A stretch of 64,000 nucleotides of DNA from Rhodothermales bacterium. GTDB lineage: Bacteria > Bacteroidota > Rhodothermia > Rhodothermales > Bin80. The notes beneath the pieces are model-generated. The model was not told the DNA's origin and did no database searches. It worked only from the letters and a program-made list of their open reading frames with translations. The first letter of the stretch is position 1; each line of letters begins with the position of its first letter. Below, piece by piece: positions 37,443-49,418 of this stretch. Both the position numbers and the translations under genes were made by a program. Location: positions 787,655-851,654 of the forward strand of contig OZ220707.1 in NCBI GenBank assembly GCA_965116685.1. The letters are read 5' to 3'.

Positions 37443-38615
37443 TCAGGCAGCAAGCGCCTTACCTACTTTTTCTGCGGCCTGCTCAAATAATACGGCCGAT
37501 TCGAGTGTAATACCACTCTCCTGCAGCACTGCCTGTCCCTGCAACGCGTTCGTGCCCTGTAACCGCACAATCAGCGGAACTTTAATGCCAACATTTTTTG
37601 CCGCCTCAACCACCCCGCGGGCGACCCGGTCACAGCGTACAATCCCCCCAAAAATATTCACAAGTACTGCTTTTACATTCGGATCCTTCAGGATAATTCG
37701 AAATCCTGCCTCAACCGTCTCCACACTTGCAGTTCCTCCTACATCCAGAAAATTGGCTGGATTGCCGCCAGCCAATTTAATGATATCCATCGTGGCCATG
37801 GCCAACCCTGCTCCATTGACCATGCATCCCACATTCCCGTCAAGCTTCACATAATTCAGGTTTGATGCATGAGCCTCCACTTCCAAAGGATCTTCTTCAT
37901 GCAAATCTCTGAGCTCTGCCAGGTCTTTATGTCGGTACAGGGCGTTATCATCCAGATTGATCTTGGCATCAATTGCAACGACCTTCCCTTCTTCGGTGAG
38001 CACGAGTGGGTTAATTTCCGCCAACGATGCATCAACCCCCATGTATGCTTGAAAAAGTGCCATGATGAAGTTGGCTGCCTGACGTGCTGTTTTCCCCTCG
38101 AACCCAAGCCCATATGCCAACTCACGGGCCTGAAATGCCTGCAGTCCATAGGCCTGATCCGCCCAGACCTTGAGAATCTTGTCTGGTGTTTCGGCAGCCA
38201 CTTTCTCTATTTCGACACCACCTTCGGTCGATGCCATGATGACATGTTGGCTGCGTGCACGATCAAGCGTGACCCCGATATAATATTCCTTTGCAATATT
38301 CACTGCAGGTGCGATAAGGACTTTGCGGACCCGTTGTCCTTCGGGGCCTGTTTGGTGCGTAACCAAATTCATCCCGAGAATTTTCCCTGCAACCTCTTCA
38401 ACTGCATCCAGTCCCTGCGCCAGCTTCACTCCTCCCCCCTTGCCTCGTCCGCCTGCGTGAATTTGAGCCTTGATTACAAACAGATCACCATGAACCGGTA
38501 TCATATCTTTAGCTGCAGATACCGCTTCATCAACCGTTGAAGCAACTTCTCCCGGCTGCATGGCAACGCCATATTTTTCGAGAATTTCCTTTCCTTGGTA
38601 TTCGTGAACTTTCAT
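37443..38615 (-). CDS. sucC: Succinate--CoA ligase (ADP-forming) beta subunit
   Basis: [12 protein letters not shown]..., the ATP-grasp domain and the C-terminal ligase-CoA domain [18 protein letters not shown] are canonical. No sucD is adjacent. Confidence 0.95.
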   Translation of the reverse strand: MKVHEYQGKEILEKYGVAMQPGEVASTVDEAVSAAKDMIPVHGDLFVIKAQIHAGGRGKGGGVKLAQGLDAVEEVAGKILGMNLVTHQTGPEGQRVRKVLIAPAVNIAKEYYIGVTLDRARSQHVIMASTEGGVEIEKVAAETPDKILKVWADQAYGLQAFQARELAYGLGFEGKTARQAANFIMALFQAYMGVDASLAEINPLVLTEEGKVVAIDAKINLDDNALYRHKDLAELRDLHEEDPLEVEAHASNLNYVKLDGNVGCMVNGAGLAMATMDIIKLAGGNPANFLDVGGTASVETVEAGFRIILKDPNVKAVLVNIFGGIVRCDRVARGVVEAAKNVGIKVPLIVRLQGTNALQGQAVLQESGITLESAVLFEQAAEKVGKALAA

Positions 38616-38692
38616 GAGTTGTAGAACGATTTGCGTGAGGCAGGGTACACAGTTAAGGCCTGATTGTTCAGACTTCCAAACGGTATGATCCT

Positions 38693-39775
38693 ATGGCTTT
38701 GACGACCATGGACCGCCATGTTATCACACGGACGCTACTTGCGTACACATTCCTGATCGTGGTACTGGTCATCTTCTTTATCCTAATCCACTATTTGGAG
38801 CACATTGACGATTTTCTGGACCGAAACGCGTCCATGCGGAAAATCTATCTGGTTTACTATCCCAGTTTTATCCCGAACATTATCCTGCAGGTCTCCCCAC
38901 TGGCCCTGTTTTTGGCTGCCATCTTCACGACAAGCCGACTCGCACAGTCTCTGCAGATCATTGCACTACAGACCAGTGGCCTTGCGCTCCAACGCTTGGT
39001 CATCCCTTATGTTATTGTTGGCATTCTCGTGAGTGCGGTCATGTTTTTTGCCGGAGGATGGGTTGCACCACGCACCAACCAAACCGTACTCGCCTACGAT
39101 CAACTGTACATCCACAGCAGGGCACAGCACATCTACGTGAGCGAAATTCACCGTCGTAACGACCCGACTAGCGTCGTCACCGTGGGATATTTTGACCGCC
39201 ATACTGGTACTGCTCATCGTGTTCAGTTACAACGATTTAAGCCAGATGGTACGCTCTTCGAACGTGTGGACGGGCAACAGATGGTGTGGCATGATTCACT
39301 CTGGCATTTCACCTATGCTACGGTAAGGACCTTTGACTCCGGCCATGAAAAGCGTCGAATTATTGCGCCCCTTGATACGGTCCTACAGGTGCTGCCCAGA
39401 GATCTGGCACGCACAGAAAGGGATATTGAATCAATGACGATCCCGGTCGCTGCCGGTTATGTGGATGCACTAAGGCGCAGCGGCTTGGCTGATACTGGTC
39501 GTGATATGGTCGGATATTATTCCAAATATGCCTACCCCTTTGCCAACCTGACCGTCATGCTGATTGCGCTTCCCTTGGCATGCAGAAGACGGCGTGGCGG
39601 ACAGACCATGCAAATAGGGATTGGCTTGCTGGTGGCTTTTGTCTACCTCGCGGCCCAGAAGCTCACTGAACCCTTTGGGTATACAGAGGATCTGTCTCCC
39701 CTCTTGGCAGTCGTCCTGCCTCACACCGCGTTCTTGATTGGGGCCCTGGTCGCACTGGTGATGGCACGCAAGTAG
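38693..39775 (+). CDS. LptF/LptG family (YjgP/YjgQ) LPS export permease
   Basis: 360 aa. The topology is N-terminal TM helices, a periplasmic beta-jellyroll-like middle, and C-terminal TM helices. The start MDRHVITRTLLAYTF resembles the family N-terminus. Confidence 0.75.
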   Translation: MALTTMDRHVITRTLLAYTFLIVVLVIFFILIHYLEHIDDFLDRNASMRKIYLVYYPSFIPNIILQVSPLALFLAAIFTTSRLAQSLQIIALQTSGLALQRLVIPYVIVGILVSAVMFFAGGWVAPRTNQTVLAYDQLYIHSRAQHIYVSEIHRRNDPTSVVTVGYFDRHTGTAHRVQLQRFKPDGTLFERVDGQQMVWHDSLWHFTYATVRTFDSGHEKRRIIAPLDTVLQVLPRDLARTERDIESMTIPVAAGYVDALRRSGLADTGRDMVGYYSKYAYPFANLTVMLIALPLACRRRRGGQTMQIGIGLLVAFVYLAAQKLTEPFGYTEDLSPLLAVVLPHTAFLIGALVALVMARK

Positions 39776-40105
39776 CTATGCCTCACCCAATACTCCCCCA
39801 CCGAACTGCACGGGAAGATCCGGGCTATCGCTGTCCGAAATAGGCCCGTTCGCATCCTCAAACCGGTCAATATTTTCAGCCAGCGCACGCAAAAACCGCT
39901 TGGCATGCCTTGGAGTGACAATGATCCGACTTTTGACCCGTGCTGCCGGAACGCCGGGCATTACACGGATAAAGTCCAAGATAAACTCCTCCCGTGAGTG
40001 ACCAATCATCACTAGATTAGAGTATTCACCCTCCGCCATCTGCTCACTCAACTCAATGTTGAGTTTTGAGTCTGTCTCTTCCATTTCTGTGTCTTCGTGT
40101 TCCAT
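39776..40105 (-). CDS. DUF3467 domain-containing protein
   Basis: EGEYSNLVMIGHSREEFILDFIRVMPG...ARVKSRIIVTPRHAKRFLRAL matches the DUF3467 pattern. Confidence 0.7.
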   Translation of the reverse strand: MEHEDTEMEETDSKLNIELSEQMAEGEYSNLVMIGHSREEFILDFIRVMPGVPAARVKSRIIVTPRHAKRFLRALAENIDRFEDANGPISDSDSPDLPVQFGGGVLGEA

Positions 40106-40124
40106 AATATCGGGGTCCTGTGAA

Positions 40125-41111
40125 TCAGATAAAATTATTGTCCCTCATCCAGTCATCATTATACGTCTTACTGATGTACTTCATGCCGGAATCAGGTAGT
40201 AAAACGACCGCTAACGAGTTCCGACTGATTTCATGACGATGTTGTTCAAGCCACTGAAGGCTGCCAGCCAGAGCTAACCCACTCGACTGTCCTGCAAATA
40301 TACTCTCTTCTTTTGTCAGCCTTCGCGCCATCTTCATTGCATCCTGATCACTGACTCGCGTATAGTCGTTAATCAGTTCCATGTGCATATTCCCTGCCAG
40401 ATACTCCTTGCCCGCTCCTTCAATTTGATGCGAATAGATCTCATCGGGGTCAGTAACGCCCTCGTGGAAGTACTTAAAGTACGAAGAACCGTAGCAGTCA
40501 ATACCAATCACACGAATATCTGCATTCCTCTCTTTCAAGTACCTGGCGCTGCCGGATATCGTACCTCCGGTGCTCGCGGTCGCAAAAAAATGCGTCACTT
40601 GTCCCTTGGTCTGCTGCCAGATTTCGGGACCGGTCGTCTTATAGTGTGCCTGCACATTTGCTTCGTTGAAGTATTGATTGAGATAGACGGCTCCCGGGGT
40701 CTCTTCGGTAATTTTTTCTGCCACACTATAGTATGAGTGTGGATCTTCTGGAGCGACATCAGTCGGACATAATACCAGTTCCGCCCCATAGGCTGTGAGA
40801 AGATCTCGCTTCTCCTTGCTGACCTTCTCCGTTGCCGTAAAAATACAGCGATAGCCTTTTATTCTTGCGGCCTGCACGATACCGGTACCGGTATTCCCGC
40901 TTGTAGCTTCAACGATAACACCACCTGGCTTGAGTTGACTGGACTCTTCTGCCGCCTGGATCATCGCGTGACCAATTCGATCCTTCACCGAGCCACCTGG
41001 ATTGAACATCTCTAATTTAACTAAAACCGGACATGGCATATCTTCTGTCAACCGGTTCAATTGTACGAGCGGTGTATTACCGATGGTACCAATGATGTTC
41101 TGATGCCACAT
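40125..41111 (-). CDS. PLP-dependent cysteine synthase / cystathionine beta-synthase family enzyme
   Basis: Motifs are IGNTPLV, the PLP lysine motif NPGGSVKDRIG, and SGNTGTG. The ATG at 41111 is preferred over the TTG at 41132. Confidence 0.85.
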   Translation of the reverse strand: MWHQNIIGTIGNTPLVQLNRLTEDMPCPVLVKLEMFNPGGSVKDRIGHAMIQAAEESSQLKPGGVIVEATSGNTGTGIVQAARIKGYRCIFTATEKVSKEKRDLLTAYGAELVLCPTDVAPEDPHSYYSVAEKITEETPGAVYLNQYFNEANVQAHYKTTGPEIWQQTKGQVTHFFATASTGGTISGSARYLKERNADIRVIGIDCYGSSYFKYFHEGVTDPDEIYSHQIEGAGKEYLAGNMHMELINDYTRVSDQDAMKMARRLTKEESIFAGQSSGLALAGSLQWLEQHRHEISRNSLAVVLLPDSGMKYISKTYNDDWMRDNNFI

Positions 41112-41258
41112 TGCTTTTCGATAGTTAAACAATGTTCAACGAGAACACGGCCCAAATGATTACCAGCCTGGATAAATTTTTTATGGACACTTTGTCACCT
41201 GTTCATGGATTGGCCTAATTTTTGACACTTTACCGATTATTCTATAATTTTACTCTTC

Positions 41259-43739
41259 ATGAATACTTGGCCTCAAGTGCTATCCTCAGAGGAATCGCCT
41301 GAACAAATCATCCTCCCCCCTTCCGATATTGAAGAGGACGAGGACACCGTGACCGTGCCTGAAGAATTGCCCATTCTCGCTCTGCGGAACACGGTTCTTT
41401 TCCCCGAAGTCATGTTACCGATTACGGTGGGACGTGAAGCGTCTATTAATCTGGTACGCCAGGTTGCAAAGGAAAATAACCTAGTGGGGGTGATCTCCCA
41501 GCGTGAACGGAAAATGGATGAACCGGAGACCGATGATCTGTATGAGGTGGGGACCGTGGCAAAAATATTGAAATTGCTGAAGATGCCGGATGGCTCAAAG
41601 AGCATCATCATTCAGGGCAAACAACGATTCAGGGTAGAAGAGTTCACACAATCCAAACCCTATTTCAAAGCACGTATTGAAGTGCTGGATGAAGAAGGGG
41701 GGATTGATAATGATGTGGAGGAACGGGCCCTCATGCATTCGATCAAGGAGTCCGCCTGTGAGATGGTGAACCTCTCACCAAATCTTCCCAATGAGGCCAT
41801 TGAGGCCATCGAAAATATTGACTCTTTCCCATTCCTAATCCATTTTATTGCCTCCAATCTGCAGATTGATGTTCAGGAAAAACAACTGCTTCTGGAAACC
41901 ATGTCCCTGGGAGAGAGGGGGCGGCTTCTGATTGAGTATCTGAATAAAGAAATCCAGATCCTGCAACTCTCCGATGAACTTCGCTCACGAATGAAGAGTG
42001 ATGTGAATCAACAACAGCGGGAGTTCTTCCTCAGACAGCAGATGAAAATCATTCAGAATGAGCTGGGGGAGGGGAATGAGTCCAATGAACATGATGCGTT
42101 GCGGGAACGGGCGGAAGAAAAACAACTCCCCGAGCATGTGATGAAGACGTTTGAGAAGGAGATGAAAAAACTTGAGCGCACCAATCCATCCTTGCCAGAC
42201 TATGCGGTCACACGCAACTACATTGATTGGATTCTTGACCTCCCGTGGACAGAGTTCACAGAGGATCAACTGAACATTGAACGCGCAGAGAAGATTTTGG
42301 ACGAGGATCACCACGGGCTTGAGAAGGTCAAAAAACGAATCATTGAGTACTTAGCGGTCCTAAAGCTCAAAGGAGATATGAAAGCTCCCATTCTCTGCTT
42401 CTATGGCCCTCCCGGAGTTGGAAAGACGAGTCTGGGCAAGAGTATCGCTCGTGCGCTGGATCGTGAATTTGTTCGAATGAGCCTTGGTGGTGTGCATGAT
42501 GAAGCAGAGATCCGCGGACATCGCCGGACCTACATCGGCGCCCTTCCTGGCCGCATTCTGCAGGGACTCAAGAAAGCAGGTTCTGTGAACCCGGTCTTTA
42601 TGTTGGATGAAATTGACAAGGTTGGAGATCGCCACCGGGGAGATCCCTCCAGTGCACTTCTTGAAGTTCTTGACCCAGAGCAGAATAATGCTTTCAATGA
42701 TCATTATCTGGAATTGGATTATGATCTCTCCAAGGTGCTCTTTATTGCAACGGCAAATTCTCTTCAGACCATCCCCGCAGCACTAAGGGATCGTATGGAA
42801 GTCATCAATATATCCGGGTACACGCAGGAAGAGAAACTGGCAATTTCCCAAGGCTACCTGATCCCCCGTCAAATTGAACGTAATGGACTGAATGAAACGC
42901 AATTCACTATTGATGATGCTGCAGTATACTATGTCATCGATGGATATACGCGAGAGTCCGGCGTACGCAATCTTGAGCGTACGATTGGTAGCGTCGCCCG
43001 CGGCGTTGCCAAAAAAGTAGCTACGAAGGAAGTAGAGTCTCTAAATATTAAGAAAGATGATATTGAAGAGTACCTCGGGGCTCGTAAATTCTTCAATGAA
43101 ATCGCCGAACGGACAGAGGTGCCCGGCGTTGCCACCGGTCTTGCCTGGACCCCAACCGGAGGTGAAATTCTGTTTGTAGAAGTGTCCATCTCCCGAGGCA
43201 CTGGCAAACTTACCTTGACCGGCAGTTTGGGGGACATCATGCAGGAATCTGCCAAAGCTGCCCTCAGCTACGTCAAGGCACGTGCGGAGGAATTGGAAAT
43301 CCCCCAGAGTGCCTTCAAGTACTACGACGTGCATGTGCATGTGCCTGCGGGCGCTGTATCGAAAGATGGGCCGAGCGCAGGGGTTGCACTACTCTCCGCA
43401 CTCGTGTCCATCTACTCACAACGGAAAGTACATCACGACCTCGCCATGACGGGCGAAATCACACTCCGCGGCCTCGTTCTGCCCGTTGGTGGGATCAAAG
43501 AGAAGGTCTTGGCAGCAAAACGGGCGGGGATCAAGCACGTGCTGCTCCCTGCCAAGAATGAGAATGATATCAAAGATATCAAATCGAATCTACTGGAAGG
43601 ACTTGACATCAGCTATGTGCGTCGCATGAGTCAGGTACTTGACGTTACCCTGAGCAATACGCAAATCCAGAATCCTTCCGAGATATTTTCAACACCATCT
43701 CCCAGTAATGGGGTGGCACAGGATCCAACTGCACCCTAA
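41259..43739 (+). CDS. lon: ATP-dependent Lon protease (endopeptidase La)
   Basis: It has the LON N-domain ([19 protein letters not shown]), Walker [10 protein letters not shown], catalytic Ser in KDGPSAGVA, and Lys in [13 protein letters not shown]. Confidence 0.95.
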   Translation: MNTWPQVLSSEESPEQIILPPSDIEEDEDTVTVPEELPILALRNTVLFPEVMLPITVGREASINLVRQVAKENNLVGVISQRERKMDEPETDDLYEVGTVAKILKLLKMPDGSKSIIIQGKQRFRVEEFTQSKPYFKARIEVLDEEGGIDNDVEERALMHSIKESACEMVNLSPNLPNEAIEAIENIDSFPFLIHFIASNLQIDVQEKQLLLETMSLGERGRLLIEYLNKEIQILQLSDELRSRMKSDVNQQQREFFLRQQMKIIQNELGEGNESNEHDALRERAEEKQLPEHVMKTFEKEMKKLERTNPSLPDYAVTRNYIDWILDLPWTEFTEDQLNIERAEKILDEDHHGLEKVKKRIIEYLAVLKLKGDMKAPILCFYGPPGVGKTSLGKSIARALDREFVRMSLGGVHDEAEIRGHRRTYIGALPGRILQGLKKAGSVNPVFMLDEIDKVGDRHRGDPSSALLEVLDPEQNNAFNDHYLELDYDLSKVLFIATANSLQTIPAALRDRMEVINISGYTQEEKLAISQGYLIPRQIERNGLNETQFTIDDAAVYYVIDGYTRESGVRNLERTIGSVARGVAKKVATKEVESLNIKKDDIEEYLGARKFFNEIAERTEVPGVATGLAWTPTGGEILFVEVSISRGTGKLTLTGSLGDIMQESAKAALSYVKARAEELEIPQSAFKYYDVHVHVPAGAVSKDGPSAGVALLSALVSIYSQRKVHHDLAMTGEITLRGLVLPVGGIKEKVLAAKRAGIKHVLLPAKNENDIKDIKSNLLEGLDISYVRRMSQVLDVTLSNTQIQNPSEIFSTPSPSNGVAQDPTAP

Positions 43740-43969
43740 GCAGATTCGTCAGCGGAAGAATCTTTTTCCTCTTCACTGGCTGTCGCTGGAGTACTGAATA
43801 ACTCCGTGCATTCCTCGGCCACCACATCCACCAGGGTCGATACCGCCTCTACGGCCGTATTCATCGCCTGAGTGACCAAAAATGTCGCTTTCTGATCAAG
43901 TTCCAACTCACTGAATGCATCTTTTGCATCCGTGAATTGATCGCGGTCTGTGTCTTGTGCAGTATCCAT
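43736..43969 (-). CDS. Hypothetical small acidic protein
   Basis: 77 aa ORF, strongly acidic. It is convergent with lon, with a 4-nt overlap. No family recognised. Confidence 0.35.
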   Translation of the reverse strand: MDTAQDTDRDQFTDAKDAFSELELDQKATFLVTQAMNTAVEAVSTLVDVVAEECTELFSTPATASEEEKDSSADESA

Positions 43970-44051
43970 TTCGAGTGATCGGAGTAAATTAGCCTATTCC
44001 CTCGTACGAATGTGCTAACGTGCATGTTGCAACCATCCCATCTATGACCCA

Positions 44052-44987
44052 ATGCCGACCGGTATAATTGTTCGATCCACAGGAAGCTGGGTAGATGTTC
44101 TGGTTGATTCCAGCATCATCCCTTCACGTATTCGTGGTCGAATGCGACTGATGCACGGAGATGAGACGCAGCCTGTCGCGGTGGGAGATCATGTCCGCAT
44201 TCTGGCGCAAGAGGATGGAACGGGGCTCATCACTGAAATAGATGAGCGGCATAACTGTCTGTATCGCCGCGCGGCAGGCCGCAAGGTTGGTAAACGTCAG
44301 ATCCTTATCGCCAATGTTGACTACATCTGGATTGTGCAGGCTGCGGAGCAACCTTCATTGAATCCTGGGTTGATGGATCGTTTACTGGTTGCTTGTGAAG
44401 CACAGGATATTCCGGCAGGTCTGATCATCAATAAAATAGACCTGGTCTCCTCACAGCTTTTGTCCACCGTAAAAGAGCTCCGTATACGCTACACGCAACT
44501 GGGGTATCAGACGATACTCACCAGCGTGAAAAAACGAAAAAAAATGAATCTGCTGCGCCGCCAGCTTTCGGGCAAGATCAGTGTATTGCTGGGGCCTTCG
44601 GGAGTCGGAAAATCCTCCCTCCTGAATTCGATTGATCCGGGGATCAATGTTCCTGTGGACTCCGTCAGTCAAAAAACGAACAAAGGTCGCCACACCACTG
44701 CGCATACTGCATTGTACCCTCTATCCGGCGGTGGAAGTGTTGCAGATACACCAGGGATACGTGAATTTGGGTTACTGGACATTCAGCCTTGGGAGTTGGC
44801 ACATTACTTCCCTGACCTGAAGCCCCATCTTGACAAATGCCATTATTCCGCTTGCACACATGACCATGAGCCGAACTGTGGAGTGAAGGATGCTCGAAGG
44901 ATGCAAAAAATCAGTGGTGCACGCTACGACAGTTATCTGAATATCCTGCACTCGCTTCATTTAGGGGAGGCAGATACCGGCCGGTGA
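44052..44987 (+). CDS. rsgA: Ribosome small-subunit-dependent GTPase A
   Basis: It shows the circularly permuted GTPase order (INKIDL before GPSGVGKSSLLN) and a C-terminal zinc motif CHYSACTHDHEPNCGV. Confidence 0.9.
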   Translation: MPTGIIVRSTGSWVDVLVDSSIIPSRIRGRMRLMHGDETQPVAVGDHVRILAQEDGTGLITEIDERHNCLYRRAAGRKVGKRQILIANVDYIWIVQAAEQPSLNPGLMDRLLVACEAQDIPAGLIINKIDLVSSQLLSTVKELRIRYTQLGYQTILTSVKKRKKMNLLRRQLSGKISVLLGPSGVGKSSLLNSIDPGINVPVDSVSQKTNKGRHTTAHTALYPLSGGGSVADTPGIREFGLLDIQPWELAHYFPDLKPHLDKCHYSACTHDHEPNCGVKDARRMQKISGARYDSYLNILHSLHLGEADTGR

Positions 44988-45195
44988 TACTGCGATAGTT
45001 GCTGCCTTTGGGCTTGATTCCATTTGCAAATTCCTGTCCGGGTAGCCATAATAAGCATGCAGCGCTCGGTGCCCTGGATGCTCCATTGGCCTATAGTTGG
45101 GACATTATACATTTCGCTCTAATGTTTCATCTCATGAAGTACTGAGTTAAAACCGTATCTTTCGCAATTAGCAAACAATCATTTTCACTTTCGGT

Positions 45196-46428
45196 ATGTC
45201 TGTATATGATGCTGTTCCGGCACCATATCGCTTTTCCGCATCTCTGCGTAACGGCCAACTCCCCGATGATTTTGTTGACTATCTGATCAACCTGCGTCGG
45301 CATCTGCACCGTAACCCGGAAATTGGTTATCAGGAATTCGCTACCAGCCACCTGATCCGGAGCCACCTGGAAAGCCTTGGGCTTACCGTTTCCGGGCCTC
45401 ATGCCAAGACAGGATTATTCGTGGATATTGACGGCCTGCATCCCGGGCCCCATATCGGCTTTCGGTGCGACATTGATGCATTGAAGCTGCAGGATGCGAA
45501 AAAAACCGACTACGCTTCAAGGAATACGGGGGCTACGCATGCCTGCGGGCATGACGCTCATACGACCATTGGTATCGGGCTCGCAATGAATCTTCACCGA
45601 CTCCGTTCCCGCTTAAATGGCCGGGTTCGCGTTTTTTTTCAGCCGAATGAGGAGGGCAACCCAAGTGGTTCTGTTCCCATGATCAAGGCGGGTGTCTGTG
45701 ACCCGCTAGAAGCACTTTATTGCGTGCATGTAGACCCAACACTGGATGTTGGAGAGTTTGGGATCCCCGAAGGACAGGTCACTGCTTCTTCCGAACGCAT
45801 TCGGATTGAGATCCATGCGCAAAGCACCGGGCACTCAGCCCGGCCTCACAAGGTCAAAGACACCATCTGGATTGCAAGCCAACTGCTGTCCCAGTACTAC
45901 CAGTATATCGGACGCATCACGGACGCACGCAATCCATCTGTATTTACAGTGTGTATGATTGGGGGTGGGATGGCCCACAATGTCATTCCATCTGAAGCAT
46001 GGTTTGAGGGGGCACTTCGATGTCTTCATGATCCCGATCGAATTTTTTTACTGGACTATATGGAGCGTACTGCAAAAAAATTTGCAGAGATTCATGGCGT
46101 TGGTATTAAATTCACTCGCGTAGAAGGACTCCCTGCGGTGATCAATAACCCTGCCCTTGGCAAAAATGTACACACCTGTATTCGGGAATTGTTCAATGAG
46201 AATGCCTCCCTTGGCATCTGCGTACCCAGTATGGGGGCAGAAGATTTTGCAAATTACCTGGAACATGTTCCCGGAATGTTGATTCGGGTTGGGACGCGCA
46301 GCAGCGAATCAACCAGCTATCCTCTGCATGATGCTCATTTCGATATTGATGAGCAGGCACTGGCTGATTCCGTACAACTGATGACTCGTGTCATGATCCG
46401 TCACCTTGACCAAAAAATTACTCCCTAA
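45196..46428 (+). CDS. M20D family amidohydrolase (N-acyl-L-amino-acid amidohydrolase-like)
   Basis: Motifs are LHRNPEIGYQEF, HACGHDAHT, FQPNEEG and MGAEDFANY. Confidence 0.85.
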   Translation: MSVYDAVPAPYRFSASLRNGQLPDDFVDYLINLRRHLHRNPEIGYQEFATSHLIRSHLESLGLTVSGPHAKTGLFVDIDGLHPGPHIGFRCDIDALKLQDAKKTDYASRNTGATHACGHDAHTTIGIGLAMNLHRLRSRLNGRVRVFFQPNEEGNPSGSVPMIKAGVCDPLEALYCVHVDPTLDVGEFGIPEGQVTASSERIRIEIHAQSTGHSARPHKVKDTIWIASQLLSQYYQYIGRITDARNPSVFTVCMIGGGMAHNVIPSEAWFEGALRCLHDPDRIFLLDYMERTAKKFAEIHGVGIKFTRVEGLPAVINNPALGKNVHTCIRELFNENASLGICVPSMGAEDFANYLEHVPGMLIRVGTRSSESTSYPLHDAHFDIDEQALADSVQLMTRVMIRHLDQKITP

Positions 46429-46488
46429 AACGGAACCGGCTTGCACAGCCGGGGTATAGGTGGTGTTGCTCATCAAAATGACTCAGCC

Positions 46489-46830
46489 ATGGATGCGCCC
46501 GCAGCTCCGGTGACCTTAAGTCCGCGTGCTTCCGAGGAGGTACGTAGGATTTTGACCGACAAGACGATCCCCGAGGGATACGGACTCCGGGTTGGGGTTC
46601 GCGGTGGTGGATGTAGCGGTATGAGCTATATCCTGGGTTTTGACAAACTGCGCGAACATGACATGACCTTCAATATTAATGAAATTGTGCTGTACATTGA
46701 TAAGAGACAGGGACTATATCTTTTGGGAACAACGATTGATTATCATGCGGGCCTTGATGCACGAGGCTTTATATTCGAAAACCCGAATGCCACACAAACA
46801 TGTGGCTGCGGATCAAGCTTTGCAGCCTAA
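46489..46830 (+). CDS. Iron-sulfur cluster insertion/assembly protein (IscA/HesB/ErpA family)
   Basis: GLRVGVRGGGCSGMSY and the C-terminal CGCGSSF are present. The ORF opens at a TTG at 46441, but the ATG at 46489 is preferred. Confidence 0.85.
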   Translation: MDAPAAPVTLSPRASEEVRRILTDKTIPEGYGLRVGVRGGGCSGMSYILGFDKLREHDMTFNINEIVLYIDKRQGLYLLGTTIDYHAGLDARGFIFENPNATQTCGCGSSFAA

Positions 46831-46841
46831 AGCCGCCACCT

Positions 46842-49403
46842 ATGGATAGCCATAGCAATTTTTCCAATCGTGTACGAGACGTGATCTCATACAGCCGCGA
46901 TGAGGCTATCCGGCTTGGCCATGACTATATAGGAACCGAGCATCTGTTACTTGGCATTGTGCGTGAAGGAGAGGGGGTAGCCGTCCGGGTTCTTCGTAAT
47001 CTTGGCTGCAACCTGCAGAAACTCAAAAAAGTGATTGAGACCACCGTACGCGCCGGCGGGGGGACACTCACCATTGGAAATCTTCCGCTGACAAAGCAGG
47101 CAGAGAAGGTTCTACGCATTACCTACCTGGAAGCAAAACTTTATAAATCGGATGTGATTGGCACGGAGCACCTGTTACTGAGCTTGCTCCGGGATGACGA
47201 TAATATTGCTGCCCAGATTCTGCGTGATTCATTCTCGGTCACCTACGAATCTATGCGGGCCGAGCTAGACACCATCCTCACTGGGAGACCAACTCCCGCA
47301 AGTAAAAACAATCCCCGCAAAGGCCGAATCGCAGGCGGACGTAGTCGACAGGGGCAACCGCAGGAAAAAACAAAAACTCCTGTGCTGGACAATTTTGGGC
47401 GTGACCTGACCCGATTGGCAGACAAGGGAGAACTGGATCCTGTGATTGGTCGCCACAGAGAGATTGAACGTGTGGCCCAAGTACTTAGCCGCCGAAAAAA
47501 AAACAATCCGGTCTTGATTGGCGAGCCAGGTGTCGGAAAAACAGCCATTGCCGAAGGGCTGGCCATGCGGATTATCCAGCGTAAGGTTTCTCGTGTACTC
47601 CACGAAAAACGTATCGTGACCCTAGATATTGCCGCATTGGTCGCAGGGACCAAGTATCGTGGCCAGTTTGAAGAACGCCTCAAGGCGGTGATGAACGAAT
47701 TGGAAAAATCCCCGGAAGTGGTCCTCTTTATTGATGAGATCCACACGATTGTGGGGGCTGGAAGTGCATCCGGCTCCCTTGATGCATCCAATATGTTCAA
47801 GCCGGCCCTAGCCCGCGGAGAACTGCAATGTATCGGGGCGACGACATTGGATGAATACCGACAATACATCGAAAAAGATGGGGCCTTGGATCGACGATTT
47901 CAAAAAATTATGGTGGATCCCACTACACCGAAGGAAACCCTTGAAATCCTACTGCAGACCAAAGATCGCTATGAAAATCATCATGGCGTGATCTATGAAG
48001 AAGACGCCGTTGAGCTGGCGGTAACCCTCTCAGAGCGCTACATTACGGATCGCCATCTTCCCGACAAAGCCATTGATATTATTGATGAAGCTGGTGCACG
48101 CGTCCACTTGGGAAATATTCATGTGCCCGAAAATATCATTCAGCTTGAGACAGAGATTGAAGAAACACGCAACAAAAAAAATGAAGTTGTGAAGCGGCAA
48201 AAGTTTGAGGAAGCCGCCCGGTTGAGAGACATTGAGGAAAAGCTCCGAGAACAGCTTGACGAAGCAAAGCAGGATTGGAAAAGTCAATCGAAAGATATGC
48301 GCCACGCTGTTACCGTGGAAGATATCACGACCACGGTGTCCATGATGACCGGCATCCCACTCGAACGAATGACCAAGCCGGAGCAGAAAAAATTACTCGG
48401 GATGGAAGCTGCGCTTCGGGCACGCGTGATTGGGCAAGATGAGCCCATTGGAAAGCTCTCAAGAGCTATCCGCCGTACACGTGCTGGACTGAAAGATCCC
48501 AGCCGGCCGATTGGGTCCTTTATCTTCCTTGGGCCTACCGGCGTTGGAAAAACGGAATTGGCAAAAGTACTCACCGAGTATCTGTTTGACAGTATTGATT
48601 CGCTGGTTCGCGTTGACATGAGCGAGTACATGGAGAAATTCTCTGTGAGCCGCTTAGTCGGTGCCCCCCCTGGATATGTTGGTTACGACGAAGGGGGGCA
48701 ACTGACCGAAAAAGTCCGTCGTAAACCGTTCTCCGTCGTTCTTCTGGACGAGATTGAAAAAGCACATCCAGATGTATTCAATATTCTTTTACAGGTACTT
48801 GATGATGGGATTCTGACGGATGGCAGCGGTCGCCGGATTGACTTTCGGAATACCGTAATCATTATGACCAGCAATATCGGTGCACGGGGGATTCGGAATG
48901 CCAATTCCGGATTGGGATTCTCGCAGAGTAACGAGGCCTTTGACTACAAGGCAATGAAAGCGAAGGTCGAGACCGAGTTGAAGGATGTCTTCAATCCTGA
49001 GTTTTTGAACAGGGTGGACGATGTGATCGTCTTCCATTCCTTGGAGAAGTCCCATATTTACCAGATTATTGACCTGCTTTCCGAAGAACTTCTTGACCGG
49101 GCAATGGGGCTTGGTATTGCCATTGATGTGAAGGAATCGGCCAAAAACTTCCTAGTGGATTGGGGCTATGATGTCAAGTTTGGTGCCCGACCGCTTAAGC
49201 GTGCATTACAGCAGTACTTGGAAGATCCGCTGGCAGAAGCCATCCTGAGTAAAGGACTCGGGGAAGGGGATCGGATCGTCGTAAGTCACACTTCTGACGC
49301 GCATGACCTTTCCCTGAAAATTTCGAAAAAGAAAGTTTCGAAAAAGAAACGGGCCGCTGACTCAGAAGCGGAACAGACGCAAATAGAAGGAGCAGCCAAA
49401 TAG
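46842..49403 (+). CDS. clpC: ATP-dependent Clp protease ATP-binding subunit ClpC-type
   Basis: It has two Clp_N repeats (IGTEHLLLG twice), AAA-1 [15 protein letters not shown], a UVR-like linker [15 protein letters not shown], and AAA-2 [12 protein letters not shown]. Confidence 0.9.
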   Translation: MDSHSNFSNRVRDVISYSRDEAIRLGHDYIGTEHLLLGIVREGEGVAVRVLRNLGCNLQKLKKVIETTVRAGGGTLTIGNLPLTKQAEKVLRITYLEAKLYKSDVIGTEHLLLSLLRDDDNIAAQILRDSFSVTYESMRAELDTILTGRPTPASKNNPRKGRIAGGRSRQGQPQEKTKTPVLDNFGRDLTRLADKGELDPVIGRHREIERVAQVLSRRKKNNPVLIGEPGVGKTAIAEGLAMRIIQRKVSRVLHEKRIVTLDIAALVAGTKYRGQFEERLKAVMNELEKSPEVVLFIDEIHTIVGAGSASGSLDASNMFKPALARGELQCIGATTLDEYRQYIEKDGALDRRFQKIMVDPTTPKETLEILLQTKDRYENHHGVIYEEDAVELAVTLSERYITDRHLPDKAIDIIDEAGARVHLGNIHVPENIIQLETEIEETRNKKNEVVKRQKFEEAARLRDIEEKLREQLDEAKQDWKSQSKDMRHAVTVEDITTTVSMMTGIPLERMTKPEQKKLLGMEAALRARVIGQDEPIGKLSRAIRRTRAGLKDPSRPIGSFIFLGPTGVGKTELAKVLTEYLFDSIDSLVRVDMSEYMEKFSVSRLVGAPPGYVGYDEGGQLTEKVRRKPFSVVLLDEIEKAHPDVFNILLQVLDDGILTDGSGRRIDFRNTVIIMTSNIGARGIRNANSGLGFSQSNEAFDYKAMKAKVETELKDVFNPEFLNRVDDVIVFHSLEKSHIYQIIDLLSEELLDRAMGLGIAIDVKESAKNFLVDWGYDVKFGARPLKRALQQYLEDPLAEAILSKGLGEGDRIVVSHTSDAHDLSLKISKKKVSKKKRAADSEAEQTQIEGAAK

Positions 49404-49418
49404 GCACCTGGATATTGA

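Noticed and set aside
37869-38540. 223-aa plus-strand ORF inside sucC. The same situation applies to 47243-47869 (208 aa) inside clpC, 53422-54060 (212 aa) inside ftsK and 57770-58444 (224 aa) inside istA.
   Set aside because: These are long antisense shadow ORFs within unambiguous conserved genes. None has a recognisable motif, so they are treated as non-coding.
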